DNA of 64,000 bases from Candidatus Versatilivorator sp. (GCA_965207735.1 OZ242296.1:4672001-4736000); one strand, 5' to 3'. Positions 1-9,538 are shown, numbered from the stretch's first letter. The notes: generated by a model from the sequence alone, not told the origin. Numbers and translations are program-made.

Positions 1-1116
1 TGGGGTTACGGTTGGGGCAACCGCCACCATCGCCCTCCCATGGACGTGGTTTCGGTGTACGTGGATCAAACTCCGGAGAACACCCTCATTCACGACCGCA
101 TGCGGCGATTCCCGAAGATGAAGAAGTACCCCACCATTGCCGAGGCCCTGACTCAGGGCGGGAGCCGGTTGGCCGTGGACGGCGTGCTGCTGATCGGCGA
201 GCACGGCAAGTATCCCAGGAACGAGAAGGGACAGACCCTCTATCCCCGCTACGAGTGGTTCAAGGAAATCACCCGAGTCTTCCGCGACAGCGGGAGGAGC
301 GTCCCCGTGTTCAACGACAAGCACCTTTCCTGGAAGTGGGAATGGGCCAAGGAGATGGTGGACATCTCCAGGGAGTTGGACTTTGCCTTCCTGGCCGGTT
401 CTTCGGTGCCGGTCACGCCCCGGCTGCCTTCCATCGACATGCCCCTGGGAGTGGAGATCGAGGAGGCGCTCTGCCTGGCCGTGGGAGGAATGGACGGATA
501 CGACATCCACGCCCTGGAAGGGCTGCAGTGCATGGTCGAGCGCCGGCGCGGGGGCGAAACCGGGGCGGCATCCATCCACGCCCTCAGGGGAGATCCAGTC
601 TACCAGGCCATGAAGGCCGGGTCCTGGCAGGCGGGCGGGTGGGATCCGGAGCTGTTGCAGGCCTGTCTCTGCCGCAGCCACAGCGTGACCCCCAGCCGCG
701 AGGGGTTCAACCACGTGCTGCCCAGCCTGGACGCGGTCCCGGAGCTGATCACTGAGAACACGCCACTCGCCTATCGCTTCGAATACCTCGATGGCCTCAA
801 GGGGACCATCCTGCTGATGGAAGGACTGGTGATGGACTTCACCTTCGCCGCCCGCCTCAAAGGGGGCGAGGTGATCTCCACCCAGATGTTTCTGCCGCCC
901 CGGGAGGTCTGCAACTTCTTCAATCCGCAGTGTCATCACGTGGAGCAGATGTTCCTGACGGGGAAGGCTGGCTACCCGGTGGAACGCACCCTGCTGACCA
1001 CCGGCCTGACGGCCGCCGGCGTCGAGTCCGTCTGGCAGGGGCAGAAGCGCCTGGAGACGCCCCACTTGAACATCCGCTACCAACCGACTCAAGAGTCCAC
1101 TTTCTGGAGGAGCTGA
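1..1116 (+). CDS. conserved uncharacterised protein, 5'-truncated by the window edge; paralog of the next gene
   Basis: The frame is open from base 1 (WGYGWGNRHHRPPMDVVSVYVDQ). It shares the motifs VPVFNDKHLS, AGSSxPVT and LExxQCMVERRRGGE with the next ORF. Confidence 0.85.
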   Translation, partial: WGYGWGNRHHRPPMDVVSVYVDQTPENTLIHDRMRRFPKMKKYPTIAEALTQGGSRLAVDGVLLIGEHGKYPRNEKGQTLYPRYEWFKEITRVFRDSGRSVPVFNDKHLSWKWEWAKEMVDISRELDFAFLAGSSVPVTPRLPSIDMPLGVEIEEALCLAVGGMDGYDIHALEGLQCMVERRRGGETGAASIHALRGDPVYQAMKAGSWQAGGWDPELLQACLCRSHSVTPSREGFNHVLPSLDAVPELITENTPLAYRFEYLDGLKGTILLMEGLVMDFTFAARLKGGEVISTQMFLPPREVCNFFNPQCHHVEQMFLTGKAGYPVERTLLTTGLTAAGVESVWQGQKRLETPHLNIRYQPTQESTFWRS

Positions 1117-2381
1117 TGCTCAGCAGACGGACCTTTCTGGAAATCGCCGCGGCCTCCGGACTGGCGGCCCATCTGGGCTGTGCGGGGGGGCCGTCCGCCA
1201 AGAAGCGGAAGAAGCTGGCCATCATCGCCTCTATTTGGAGGTACCTCTCCCATGCGCAGCATTTCGGGGACCGCTTTCTGGTGGGATACCCGAGCAAGGG
1301 GCGGTGGCACCTCCCGGAAATGGACGTGGTTTCTCTGTATGTCGACCAGAAGCCGGAAGGAGATCAAAGCCAGGCCCGGGCCGACGAGTTCGGCTTCCAG
1401 GTCTACCCCACTATCCAGGAGGCTTTGAGGTGCGGCGGCGACAAGCTGGCAGTGGATGCCGTGCTGCTGATCATCGAGCACGGAGACTATCCACGAAACG
1501 CCAAGGGACAGGTGCTCTATCCGCGCTATGAGTTCTTTCAGCAGGTGGTGGAGGTATTCGAGCAGGACGGGCGCGCTGTTCCGGTGTTCAACGACAAGCA
1601 CCTCTCTTACGACACGGCCAAGGCCAAGAAGATGGTGGCCGATTCCAAGCGGCTGGGGTTCCCCCTGCTGGCGGGATCTTCCCTGCCGGTCACCTGGAGA
1701 ATCCCGGCCATCGAGCTTCCGCTGGACTGCGTCATCGAGGAAGCCCTGATGGTGGGTGTGGGGTCCTCCGACGCCAGCGACTACCACGCTCTGGAGGCCA
1801 TGCAGTGCATGGTGGAGCGGCGCCGGGGCGGAGAATCCGGCGTCAAGTCGGTTCAGCTGATCCAGGGGGATGCCGTGTGGAAGGCCGGCGAGGAAGGCCG
1901 CTGGTCCAAGAGGCTGCTGGAGGCAGCGCTGGCGCGTTCCAACAAGCTGCTGGGAGAAACGCTGATCGATGCCCGGCCCCAGGACCTGGCCAACAACGGA
2001 CAGTTGCCGAAGATCGTCAAGGAACCGGCAGCCTACTTTATCGAGCATGCCGACGGCCTGCAGTCCACCCTGCTCATGCTGAACGGCGGCGTGCAGGACA
2101 GGACCTTTGCCGCCAAGCTGCAAGGGATGGCGGAACCGCAGTCGCTGCTGTTCCAACTGCCGCCCGTGCCCAACGTCACCTATTCCGCCTGCCTGGCGGA
2201 AAAGATCGAGGAAATGATCGAGACGGGCCAGGCTCCCTTTCCGGCGGAGCGGACCCTGATCGTCAGCGGGATCCTCGACCACTGCCTGGAGTCCAAAGTC
2301 CAGGGCAACCGCAAGCTGGAGACTCCCGAACTGCAGATCAGTTACCAGCCGCCAGAGGGCTCTCATTTCTGCAGGGCCTGA
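1116..2381 (+). CDS. conserved uncharacterised exported protein (Tat/lipoprotein signal), tandem paralog
   Basis: TGATG stop/start overlap at 1114-1118. The N-terminus MLSRRTFLEIAAASGLAAHLGC has a twin-arginine motif and a lipobox-like Cys. Confidence 0.85.
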   Translation: MLSRRTFLEIAAASGLAAHLGCAGGPSAKKRKKLAIIASIWRYLSHAQHFGDRFLVGYPSKGRWHLPEMDVVSLYVDQKPEGDQSQARADEFGFQVYPTIQEALRCGGDKLAVDAVLLIIEHGDYPRNAKGQVLYPRYEFFQQVVEVFEQDGRAVPVFNDKHLSYDTAKAKKMVADSKRLGFPLLAGSSLPVTWRIPAIELPLDCVIEEALMVGVGSSDASDYHALEAMQCMVERRRGGESGVKSVQLIQGDAVWKAGEEGRWSKRLLEAALARSNKLLGETLIDARPQDLANNGQLPKIVKEPAAYFIEHADGLQSTLLMLNGGVQDRTFAAKLQGMAEPQSLLFQLPPVPNVTYSACLAEKIEEMIETGQAPFPAERTLIVSGILDHCLESKVQGNRKLETPELQISYQPPEGSHFCRA

Positions 2382-2444
2382 TTCTGCCGGCAGGGACATT
2401 TCATTGGGTCCGGGTTCCAGGCCGGACAGGAAGGGAGATTGGAA

Positions 2445-4160
2445 ATGGAGCACACCCGCCGGACCTTTCTGGGAGCCGGGGCTCTGGGAGCCGCCGCTCT
2501 CGGAAATGCGCTGGCTGCCCCGACAGCGGCCTCCGGCACAAAGCCTGCCTCCCGTCCGGCCAGTGACGGACGCCCTAAGCCGCCTGCTTACCGCATCATC
2601 TACAACTGGGACGGAGCTCCCCACAACTACTCGGAATTTCCCCAGTCGCTGGACCAGTTCCTGGACAAGGTCTACGCCCCCATGAAGGACACCCAGGTCG
2701 GGGCCCACTTCTGGTGCCTGGGCACCCATGAGGCCAAGTGGGCGTCCCAATCCATGGAGATGGTGGGCGACACCGTGGATCGGGTCTACGACAGGGTCGG
2801 GTCCATGCGCCACAGCGAAGGGGTGCGGGCCATGCTCGAGCGGGGCGAGAATCCCTTCCAGGCCGTGGTGGACCGGGGGCACGAGCTGGGGATGCAGGTC
2901 TATGCCTCCATCCGAATGAACGACAACCATTTCCGGGGACTGCAGGTCTCCGAGATGGCGGGTACGCGCATGCAGGGACTGACTCAATTGCGGCGCGACC
3001 ACCCGGAGTGGTGCCTGGGCCCGCGCCAGGCCCCCAAGTGGTTCGCGGCCTCCTGGAACTTCGCCATCCCCGAGGTCCGGGAACACCGGCTGCGCCACGT
3101 GACCGAGGTCTGCCGCCTGGCCGACTGGGACGGCGTCGAGCTGGACTGGCAGCGGCACGCCTTCCACCTTCCCCTGGATGACGCCTACCGGCTGCGCTAT
3201 ACCCTCACCGACCTGCAGCGGGCGCTGCGCCGCATGACCGAGCAGGTGGGGCGGGAGCGGGGCAGACCCTTTCAGGTGGCGGTCCGGGTGGCCACCACCC
3301 TGGAATCCTGCGGGCGGATCGGCTATGACCTGCCGGTCTGGGTCAAGGAGGGGCTTTGCGACCTGGTGATCGCCGGGGGAGGAGCCGGCACCGACTACGG
3401 CGTCGAGGTGGAGGCCTTCCAGGACCTGCTCGAGGATTCGGGAATTCCCTTCTACCCGGGGTTCGACTCCGGCTTCTGGGGTCCCCACGAAAGCCTGCTG
3501 CCCCGCCAGCAGTGGAATACCGCCATGGTGCGAGCGGCCGCCAGCGCCTACTGGGAACGGGGAGCCGACGGCATGTACGTCTTCAACTGGCACGCCAACG
3601 AGAAGACCCGGCGGCCCCTGCTCACCACCATCGGAGCCCCGGAGACCCTGAAGCGGACCGACAAGGTCTACGCCACCCTCCACCGATACGTCGGAGGCTG
3701 GCCCTTCAGCGAACCCAAGGAGGGAGCCTGGGCCGGAGCCGATCTGCACGACCGCATCTACGGAGAGACTCCCGTCCAGCTCTATCCCACCCTGACCGAG
3801 GAGGGCCCCGGCTTTCAGGTGGGGGTCTACGACGACACCCGGAAGGAGGCCCGGGCCGGGAGCCTGGACAAGATCGAGTTGCAGTTGGAGCTCAAGAACC
3901 GTTCGGTGAACGACCGCGTCGAGGTGAAGCTGGATGGAAACCTGCTTCCCGAGCCCGAGATACGAAACGTGGCCGCGGAAGACCCGAACAATCCCTCCGA
4001 CGTGGCCGAAAACAGTTGGCTGGTGTGGCGGCTGTCGCCGGATCAGGCCGGCCGGGGTGTCCACCACGTCCAGGTGCGGCTGCTGAAGCGCGATCCCCGC
4101 ATCCGGCCGCCTCTGACGGTGCAGAGCGTCGAGATCCACCTGAGCTATCGCCGCGGGTAA
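2445..4160 (+). CDS. Tat-exported glycoside hydrolase-like protein (GHL10/DUF187-like TIM barrel)
   Basis: TRRTFL signal; motifs IIYNWDG, ASIRMND, DGVELDW, GADGMYVFNW; upstream AAGGGAG RBS. Confidence 0.7.
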   Translation: MEHTRRTFLGAGALGAAALGNALAAPTAASGTKPASRPASDGRPKPPAYRIIYNWDGAPHNYSEFPQSLDQFLDKVYAPMKDTQVGAHFWCLGTHEAKWASQSMEMVGDTVDRVYDRVGSMRHSEGVRAMLERGENPFQAVVDRGHELGMQVYASIRMNDNHFRGLQVSEMAGTRMQGLTQLRRDHPEWCLGPRQAPKWFAASWNFAIPEVREHRLRHVTEVCRLADWDGVELDWQRHAFHLPLDDAYRLRYTLTDLQRALRRMTEQVGRERGRPFQVAVRVATTLESCGRIGYDLPVWVKEGLCDLVIAGGGAGTDYGVEVEAFQDLLEDSGIPFYPGFDSGFWGPHESLLPRQQWNTAMVRAAASAYWERGADGMYVFNWHANEKTRRPLLTTIGAPETLKRTDKVYATLHRYVGGWPFSEPKEGAWAGADLHDRIYGETPVQLYPTLTEEGPGFQVGVYDDTRKEARAGSLDKIELQLELKNRSVNDRVEVKLDGNLLPEPEIRNVAAEDPNNPSDVAENSWLVWRLSPDQAGRGVHHVQVRLLKRDPRIRPPLTVQSVEIHLSYRRG

Positions 4161-4266
4161 ACAGTTCCTTTCCAGGGTCCCCTTCCCGCAACCGGGAACA
4201 AGAGGGCGCCCCGGAAATGTTCATTTGAGTGTTGCTTCGATTCCGATTAAAGAAGGAGTTTCCACT

Positions 4267-6168
4267 ATGAAGCGGGTACACCGAGATTCACCATTGTTGG
4301 TTCTGCTGGTCTGCGGGGTGCTGATCTCCGGCCTTGCCGGCTGCACCGCCGGAAACGGGTGGCGGGCCCTAAACCGGAAGGTCATCGAGGAGAACAACAT
4401 CAAGGGACGGGAGCGGGATATCCCCCATACCGAGGTTGCTCCCAGCCTGGAGGCGGGCAAGACCGTCCCCACGTCTGAGCTTCCGGTGATCCGGATCGCC
4501 GAAGGCGTCCAGGCCAGCGTCGCCTGGGGAGAGGGCGTCCTGATGGAGCGCCTCAGCATGGAGGCGGGCAGCAGCTATCCCGAGCAGGCGCTGGCTGAAG
4601 AGGTGATCACGCTGGTGGAGGCGGGCTCCGCGACCTGCACGGTCGGGGAGGAAACCTTCGAGTTGACCAAGGACAGCCTGCTCTACCTGACGCCCGGCAG
4701 CAAGCGTTCCCTCAAGGCGGGCGAGGAGGGGCTCAAGGCCATCGAGGTCTTCTCTCCGGTTCGGCTGGACCATTTGAGCCTGGCCGGAAAAGAGCACTCC
4801 GAGAACACCCGGGTGTCCTTCCCCGACCAGGGCGTGACTCCGTCCATCGAGCCCAACAAGGTGTACAACCTTAACGAGATCCAGTGGACGGGCCTGACAC
4901 CGCCGGCCAAGGACAAGACCTACAAGCGCAGCGCGGCCCTCTCCCGGTTGATCTGGGGGAAGAACGTCATGCTGAGTTGGATTCGCATGGATCCCAACTC
5001 CAATTTCCCCCTCCACATCCATCCCGAGGATCAGTTGATGGTCACCCTGCGGGGTTCGCTGGAGCAAGGCATTCTGGATGCCCGCCACCCTATTGACGGG
5101 AAAGAGCAGCACACGCACCTGCTGCCGGGCGGGATGGTCCACTCGGGCCACATGGGAGAGCATGGAGCCGATGCCCTGGACATCTTCTGGCCGGTCCGGC
5201 CCGACTACATTTCCTACGCGGAGAAGCAGAACGCTCTCTACCAGGAGGTCATCGACCCGGGTGTCAAGCCCGTCAAGCTGGCCGAGGGATTCGTCTTTAC
5301 CGAAGGCCCCACCTGGTTGAAAGGCAATCTCTATTTCTCCGACATGCACTTCCGCGCCGATTGGTCGGCCGATGTCAGCAAGAGTCGAACCATTCGCATG
5401 TCGCCCGACGGAAAATGGAAGGCGATCGCCACGGGGATGCAGACCAATGGAACCATTGCCTCCAAGCGCGGGCATCTGCTGGTCTGCGACATGTTCGGCC
5501 ATCGAGTCATCGAGATGAGTCGCCACAACGGCAGGATCCTGAAGACGGTGCTCTCCAGGGTCGGCGGCACCCGCATCGACGGTCCCAACGATATCGTGAT
5601 GGATTTGAAGGGTGGCATCTACGTCACCGATCCCCAGTTCATCCCGGACGCCAAGAAAATGCCGGGGACCCAGGTCTACTACCGCGACGCCAAGGGCAGG
5701 AGCAAGGTGGTGATCCCGGCGGGCGAGTTCGCCATGCCCAACGGGGTGGAGATTTCTCCCGACGGCAAGACTTTTTACGTCAACAACACCTGGCTGCAGC
5801 CCGGAGAAAATTTTGTCTGGGCCTACGACGTCCAGGCGGACGGTTCGCTCACCAACAAGCGCAAGTTCGCCAGTCTGAACCTGGGACCGGACGTGCTGGA
5901 TGCCGAGGAAGTGAAGGACCGCTTCAACTCCCAGGCCGACGGCATGGCGGTGGACATGGACGGCCGCATTTACGTGGCCACCCTCTCGGGAGCGCAGATC
6001 TTCGACGCCGACGGCAACTACGTGGGAACCATCTGGTGTCCGCAGTTTCCGGTCAGTCTGACCTTCGGCGGCGAGAACTACGACGTGCTCTACATGGTGG
6101 GGCAGTCCTCGGTCTGGTCCATCCAGACCAAGGTGAAGGGATTCCGCTACCCCGAGGGACTGAATTGA
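4267..6168 (+). CDS. lipoprotein fusing two cupin-like domains to an SMP-30/gluconolactonase beta-propeller
   Basis: AAGGAG RBS; LAGC lipobox; cupin motif PLHIHPEDQ...GMVHS; SMP-30 motifs FTEGPTW, GPNDI, PNGVEISPDG, ADGMAVD. Confidence 0.8.
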   Translation: MKRVHRDSPLLVLLVCGVLISGLAGCTAGNGWRALNRKVIEENNIKGRERDIPHTEVAPSLEAGKTVPTSELPVIRIAEGVQASVAWGEGVLMERLSMEAGSSYPEQALAEEVITLVEAGSATCTVGEETFELTKDSLLYLTPGSKRSLKAGEEGLKAIEVFSPVRLDHLSLAGKEHSENTRVSFPDQGVTPSIEPNKVYNLNEIQWTGLTPPAKDKTYKRSAALSRLIWGKNVMLSWIRMDPNSNFPLHIHPEDQLMVTLRGSLEQGILDARHPIDGKEQHTHLLPGGMVHSGHMGEHGADALDIFWPVRPDYISYAEKQNALYQEVIDPGVKPVKLAEGFVFTEGPTWLKGNLYFSDMHFRADWSADVSKSRTIRMSPDGKWKAIATGMQTNGTIASKRGHLLVCDMFGHRVIEMSRHNGRILKTVLSRVGGTRIDGPNDIVMDLKGGIYVTDPQFIPDAKKMPGTQVYYRDAKGRSKVVIPAGEFAMPNGVEISPDGKTFYVNNTWLQPGENFVWAYDVQADGSLTNKRKFASLNLGPDVLDAEEVKDRFNSQADGMAVDMDGRIYVATLSGAQIFDADGNYVGTIWCPQFPVSLTFGGENYDVLYMVGQSSVWSIQTKVKGFRYPEGLN

Positions 6169-6336
6169 GTGGATAGTGGCTAGTGGATAGTGGTTAGTGT
6201 TTTTGATCGATGCGTTTAGCATCCTGAGGGCCTCGGAGCAGTCCTACAAAGGGTGCAACCAGGTCACCAGGGGCTTGCCTTCCCCCGATTCGTTCCACTA
6301 ACCGCCACTAACCACTGACAACTAACCACTAATCAC
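6168..6336. repeat. inverted pair of 7-bp tandem repeats (AGTGGAT-type / CACTAAC-type)
   Basis: AGTGGAT AGTGGCT AGTGGAT AGTGGTT at 6168-6195 and the complementary CCACTAA tracts at 6295-6336. Confidence 0.75.
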
Positions 6337-6358
6337 AAACCACAGGAGTCGTGATCTC

Positions 6359-7117
6359 ATGCAAAACCGAATGAAGGCCTTGCTGCGTCAGGGCAAGGCG
6401 GTCTTTTCCTGCACCATTAGAACCCCTCATCCCAACCTGGCCGAGATCGCCGGTCTGGCCGGGTATGAGTGCATCATGCTGGACGCCGAGCATGGAACCG
6501 TCAGCAGCGACACCCTGGACGCCATGATTCTGGCCGTGCGGGCCACCGGGGCGACTCCCATCGTTCGGGTGCCGGGAGTGGACCGAACCCTGGTCAAGCA
6601 GGCCCTGGACCATGGGGCCGACGGCATCCTCTTTCCCCATATCCGCAGCGTCGAGGATGCCAGGGCGGCGGTATCGCTGTGCAAGTACCCCCCGCAGGGA
6701 AGGCGCGGCGCCGGGCCCGGACGCCCCATCGGCTATGGACTGGAGGACGCCCGCGCCTACCTGGATCAGGCCAACGATCAAGTCCTGGTGGCGCTCATGC
6801 TGGAGGAGCCGGCTGCCGTCGAGCAACTGGAGGACATTGGCGCCGTTCCCGGAATCGATATCTTCAACATGGGTCCCTGGGATCTGTCCACCGCCTATGG
6901 GCACCCCATCGAGACCCGCCATCCCCTGGTGTTGCAGGCCCTGGACAAGGCCCTGGAAGTCGGCAGGCGGCACGGCATCCATGTGGGCGTCTCGCCCGAG
7001 AGCGAAGAGCATGTCAAGCAGCTCTACGACAAGGGCGCCCGATTCTTCGAGTCGGTCAACCTGGAGGGATTCGTGGCGGAGCGACTGGCCGATTACCACC
7101 GGGCCTGCCAGCCGTAG
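6359..7117 (+). CDS. HpcH/HpaI aldolase family protein
   Basis: Motifs LDAEHG, PIVRVP, ALDHGADGILFPHI, YPPQGRRGAG, GPWDLS. Confidence 0.9.
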   Translation: MQNRMKALLRQGKAVFSCTIRTPHPNLAEIAGLAGYECIMLDAEHGTVSSDTLDAMILAVRATGATPIVRVPGVDRTLVKQALDHGADGILFPHIRSVEDARAAVSLCKYPPQGRRGAGPGRPIGYGLEDARAYLDQANDQVLVALMLEEPAAVEQLEDIGAVPGIDIFNMGPWDLSTAYGHPIETRHPLVLQALDKALEVGRRHGIHVGVSPESEEHVKQLYDKGARFFESVNLEGFVAERLADYHRACQP

Positions 7118-7166
7118 TCTAAAGCGGTGCCGGTAGACTTGTCTGAAACAACCTAAAAAGACAAAA

Positions 7167-8653
7167 GAGCCTTTTGCAAAATTCGCAGATAGCGGGAATT
7201 TTCACGTGGGGAAAGATCAAGGAGGGCAGGTGGAAGGAGGGGCAAGACCACTGTCTGTTGTATCATGAAGGTGTCTGAACCACATGATGAACGGAGGTGG
7301 AACTTGCCCCTTAGGGAAACCCTATCACGACACTGGTTCCGGTTTCAACGAGAGCTGTTTCCCCTGCTGGAGGAAGTTTTGGGGCCTCTGGGAGAGCGTT
7401 ACCAGCGGCTGGTGCAGGTATTGGAGTTGGTGCGGGTGGAGGAGTTGCTGCCTTACAGTCGGGGCTGGCGTGGCCGGCCGCTGGAGGATCGGGCAGTGCT
7501 GGCGCGAGCCTATCTGGCGAAGTCGATGCTGGAGGTGGCGACCACGCGGGGATTGGTGGAGCGGCTGAGGAGTGAGGGGAGGCTGCGGCGGCTGTGCGGC
7601 TGGGAGAGGGCGTGGGAGGTACCGAGCGAGTCGACCTTCTCGCGGGCCTTTGCGGAATTCGCTGAGAGCGACCTGCCGGGGCGTTTGCACGAGGCATTGC
7701 TGGAGGAGACGCTGAAGGGCCACTTGGCGGGGCATGTGTCGAGGGACTCGACGGCGATTGCGGGACGGGAAAAGCCAGCGGCCAAGGCTGCGCCGGAGGC
7801 CAAGCGGAAACGCCGGCGGGGCCGGCCGCCGAAGGGCGAGCGACGGCCCAAGCGGTTGAGCCGGCTGGAGCGGCAGGGGTCGATGACGCTGGAGGAAATG
7901 TTGAAGGAGTTGCCCAAGGCCTGCGACATCGGCGTCAAGCGCAACGCCAAGGGGCATCAGGAGAGCTGGACCGGCTACAAGCTACACCTCGACGCCATTG
8001 ACGGCGGGATTCCGGTCAGTTGTCTGCTGACCTCGGCCTCGGTGCATGACTCTCAGGCAGCCATTCCGCTGGCGACGCTGACGGCAAGGCGGGTCGAGAG
8101 TCTCTACGACTTGATGGACAGCGCCTACGATGCGCCGGAGATCCGGGCCTTCAGTGAGAAGCTGGGGCATGTGCCGATTATTGACGTCAACCCCCGCCGA
8201 AGAGCTACCTTGAAAGCCGAGCGGAAGCGGGAGGCACTGGCCCGGCGCTGTATCGGCCAAGTGACTCCCGAGGCGCGGCGCTACCGGGAACGCTCGACGG
8301 TGGAGCGGGTCAACGGACGGCTCAAGGAGGAGTTTGGCGGGAGGCAGGTGAGGGTTCGCGGCCCCGACAAGGTGAGGTGCCACCTGATGTTCGGCATTCT
8401 GGCCCTGACGGTGGATCAGTTGATGCGCCTGACGCTCTGAAGACCGGGTTGCCACCCCCAACCGCACAGCAGGTTCGCCCGCCTCAAGGCCGGGAGAGGG
8501 TAAGCTGTGCCTGCGTCCGGCGACCGCTGGCCATCCGGCCATCAGATTCGGGCTTTTTCCTTCAAAAGGGTCTTTGCAGCTGGGTAGTCACCGCCGGAAC
8601 ATCACTGTTGCCAGCCCAATGTCATGCCCGATTCCGAATTTTGCAAAAGGCTC
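7167..8653 (+). mobile_element. insertion sequence, IS1182/IS5-like DDE element, copy 1 (1487 bp)
   Basis: Perfect 19-bp terminal inverted repeat GAGCCTTTTGCAAAATTCG; AAAA on both flanks (apparent 4-bp target duplication); second copy at 54877-56363. Confidence 0.92.
7265..8440 (+). CDS. DDE transposase (IS1182/IS5-like)
   Basis: Motifs PSESTFSRAF, SRDSTAI, GYKLHL, DSAYD, YRERSTVERVNGRLKE. Confidence 0.92.
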   Translation: MKVSEPHDERRWNLPLRETLSRHWFRFQRELFPLLEEVLGPLGERYQRLVQVLELVRVEELLPYSRGWRGRPLEDRAVLARAYLAKSMLEVATTRGLVERLRSEGRLRRLCGWERAWEVPSESTFSRAFAEFAESDLPGRLHEALLEETLKGHLAGHVSRDSTAIAGREKPAAKAAPEAKRKRRRGRPPKGERRPKRLSRLERQGSMTLEEMLKELPKACDIGVKRNAKGHQESWTGYKLHLDAIDGGIPVSCLLTSASVHDSQAAIPLATLTARRVESLYDLMDSAYDAPEIRAFSEKLGHVPIIDVNPRRRATLKAERKREALARRCIGQVTPEARRYRERSTVERVNGRLKEEFGGRQVRVRGPDKVRCHLMFGILALTVDQLMRLTL

Positions 8654-8810
8654 AAAAGAAAAAGACATTTCCACGAAGGGGCACGAAGAACGACGAAGGG
8701 GCACTAAGGCGCTGAGGTTTGCCGCGACGGGGTACCAAGTTCGCGAAGGGGTGGTCGATTTCAGATTGTTTCACTCTATGTATGATCCGCACACTAGGGC
8801 GGGGGCCCGG

Positions 8811-8979
8811 CTTGCCTGAAACAACAGAAAAAAAGAGTTATCCACGAAGGGCCACGAAGGACGACGAAGGGACACTAAGGCGCTGAGGTTAACCGCGACG
8901 GGATACCAAGGTCATGAAAGGATTATCGATTTCCGATTGTTTCACTCTCGAATGATCCGCCCGACAGGGCGGGGCGAAA
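8811..8979 (-). mobile_element. IS110-end non-autonomous element E2 (169 bp), in tandem with E1
   Basis: CTTGCCTGAAACAAC is the exact reverse complement of 58053-58067. The other end TTGTTTCACTCTCGAATGATCCGCCC matches the IS110 left end. Internal CACGAAG decamer repeats. Confidence 0.85.
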
Positions 8980-9025
8980 CTTGTTAGCAATTGATAATCC
9001 CCGGGCGAACGCCCGGGCGACCCAT

Positions 9026-9131
9026 TGAGCCGCGGAGCGGCGGCAGCAGGTAGCCGTGGGCGTGAGCCCATGGAAAGGAGTAGCTCCACGTCGAGCCGCG
9101 AAGGCGGCGGCAGCAAATGCCGGTGAGCCCA
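9026..9131. repeat. REP-like palindrome cluster
   Basis: AGCCGCGGAGCGGC / AGCCGCGAAGGCGGC hairpins and CCGTGGGCGTGAGCCCATGG. Confidence 0.55.
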
Positions 9132-9158
9132 AGTGAAGCACAAGCCGACGCAATGATG

Positions 9159-9538
9159 TTTGTTTGAAACAATGCCTTGTGCCGGGAAACCGGTTCAAAG
9201 GCACGCATGGGTAGTTGGTTTATTAACATGGATGCACAGGATGCACAGGATTATTTTTCGAGAGATTCCACCGTGTTGAGTTCAACCATCGCCTCTGTTC
9301 CAACACAGATTTCCCAAAACCCGCTCCCAGGCTCTTGGATCACTTCCAACACCCACCCGATCATCAAGCGGGTCTGCTTCTGTGGTACAGCCTCTCGTGC
9401 TGTTAGTCCTGTTTATCCTGTGCATCCATGTTCAATAAGTAAAAACCGGTTTAGCACGACTTGGCCCTTGTTTCCGACAGGCCATGAAGATGCGTTGTTT
9501 CACACTCGTATGATCCGCCCACCAAGGCAGGGGCGGGA
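9159..9538 (-). mobile_element. IS110-end element E3 carrying ACAGGAT-type inverted repeat cargo (the outer end could instead be 8980)
   Basis: Degenerate end TTTGTTTGAAACAAT; conserved end GTTGTTTCACACTCGTATGATCCGCCC...GGGA|CT; internal AACATGGATGCACAGGAT...ATCCTGTGCATCCATGTT. Confidence 0.6.

Larger units (their letters stand above)
7138..8810 (-). mobile_element. IS110-end non-autonomous element E1 (about 182 bp), interrupted by an IS1182/IS5-like IS
   Basis: Begins CTTGTCTGAAACAAC (reverse complement of the IS110 right end) and ends TTGTTTCACTCTATGTATGATCCGC plus GC hairpin (reverse complement of the IS110 left end). Confidence 0.75.

Noticed and set aside
1089-4139. Very long antisense ORFs (also 4369-6222, 40319-42640, 44672-46297, 56548-57843 and others)
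   Set aside because: Shadow frames of well-supported genes in GC-rich DNA, with no recognisable motifs.
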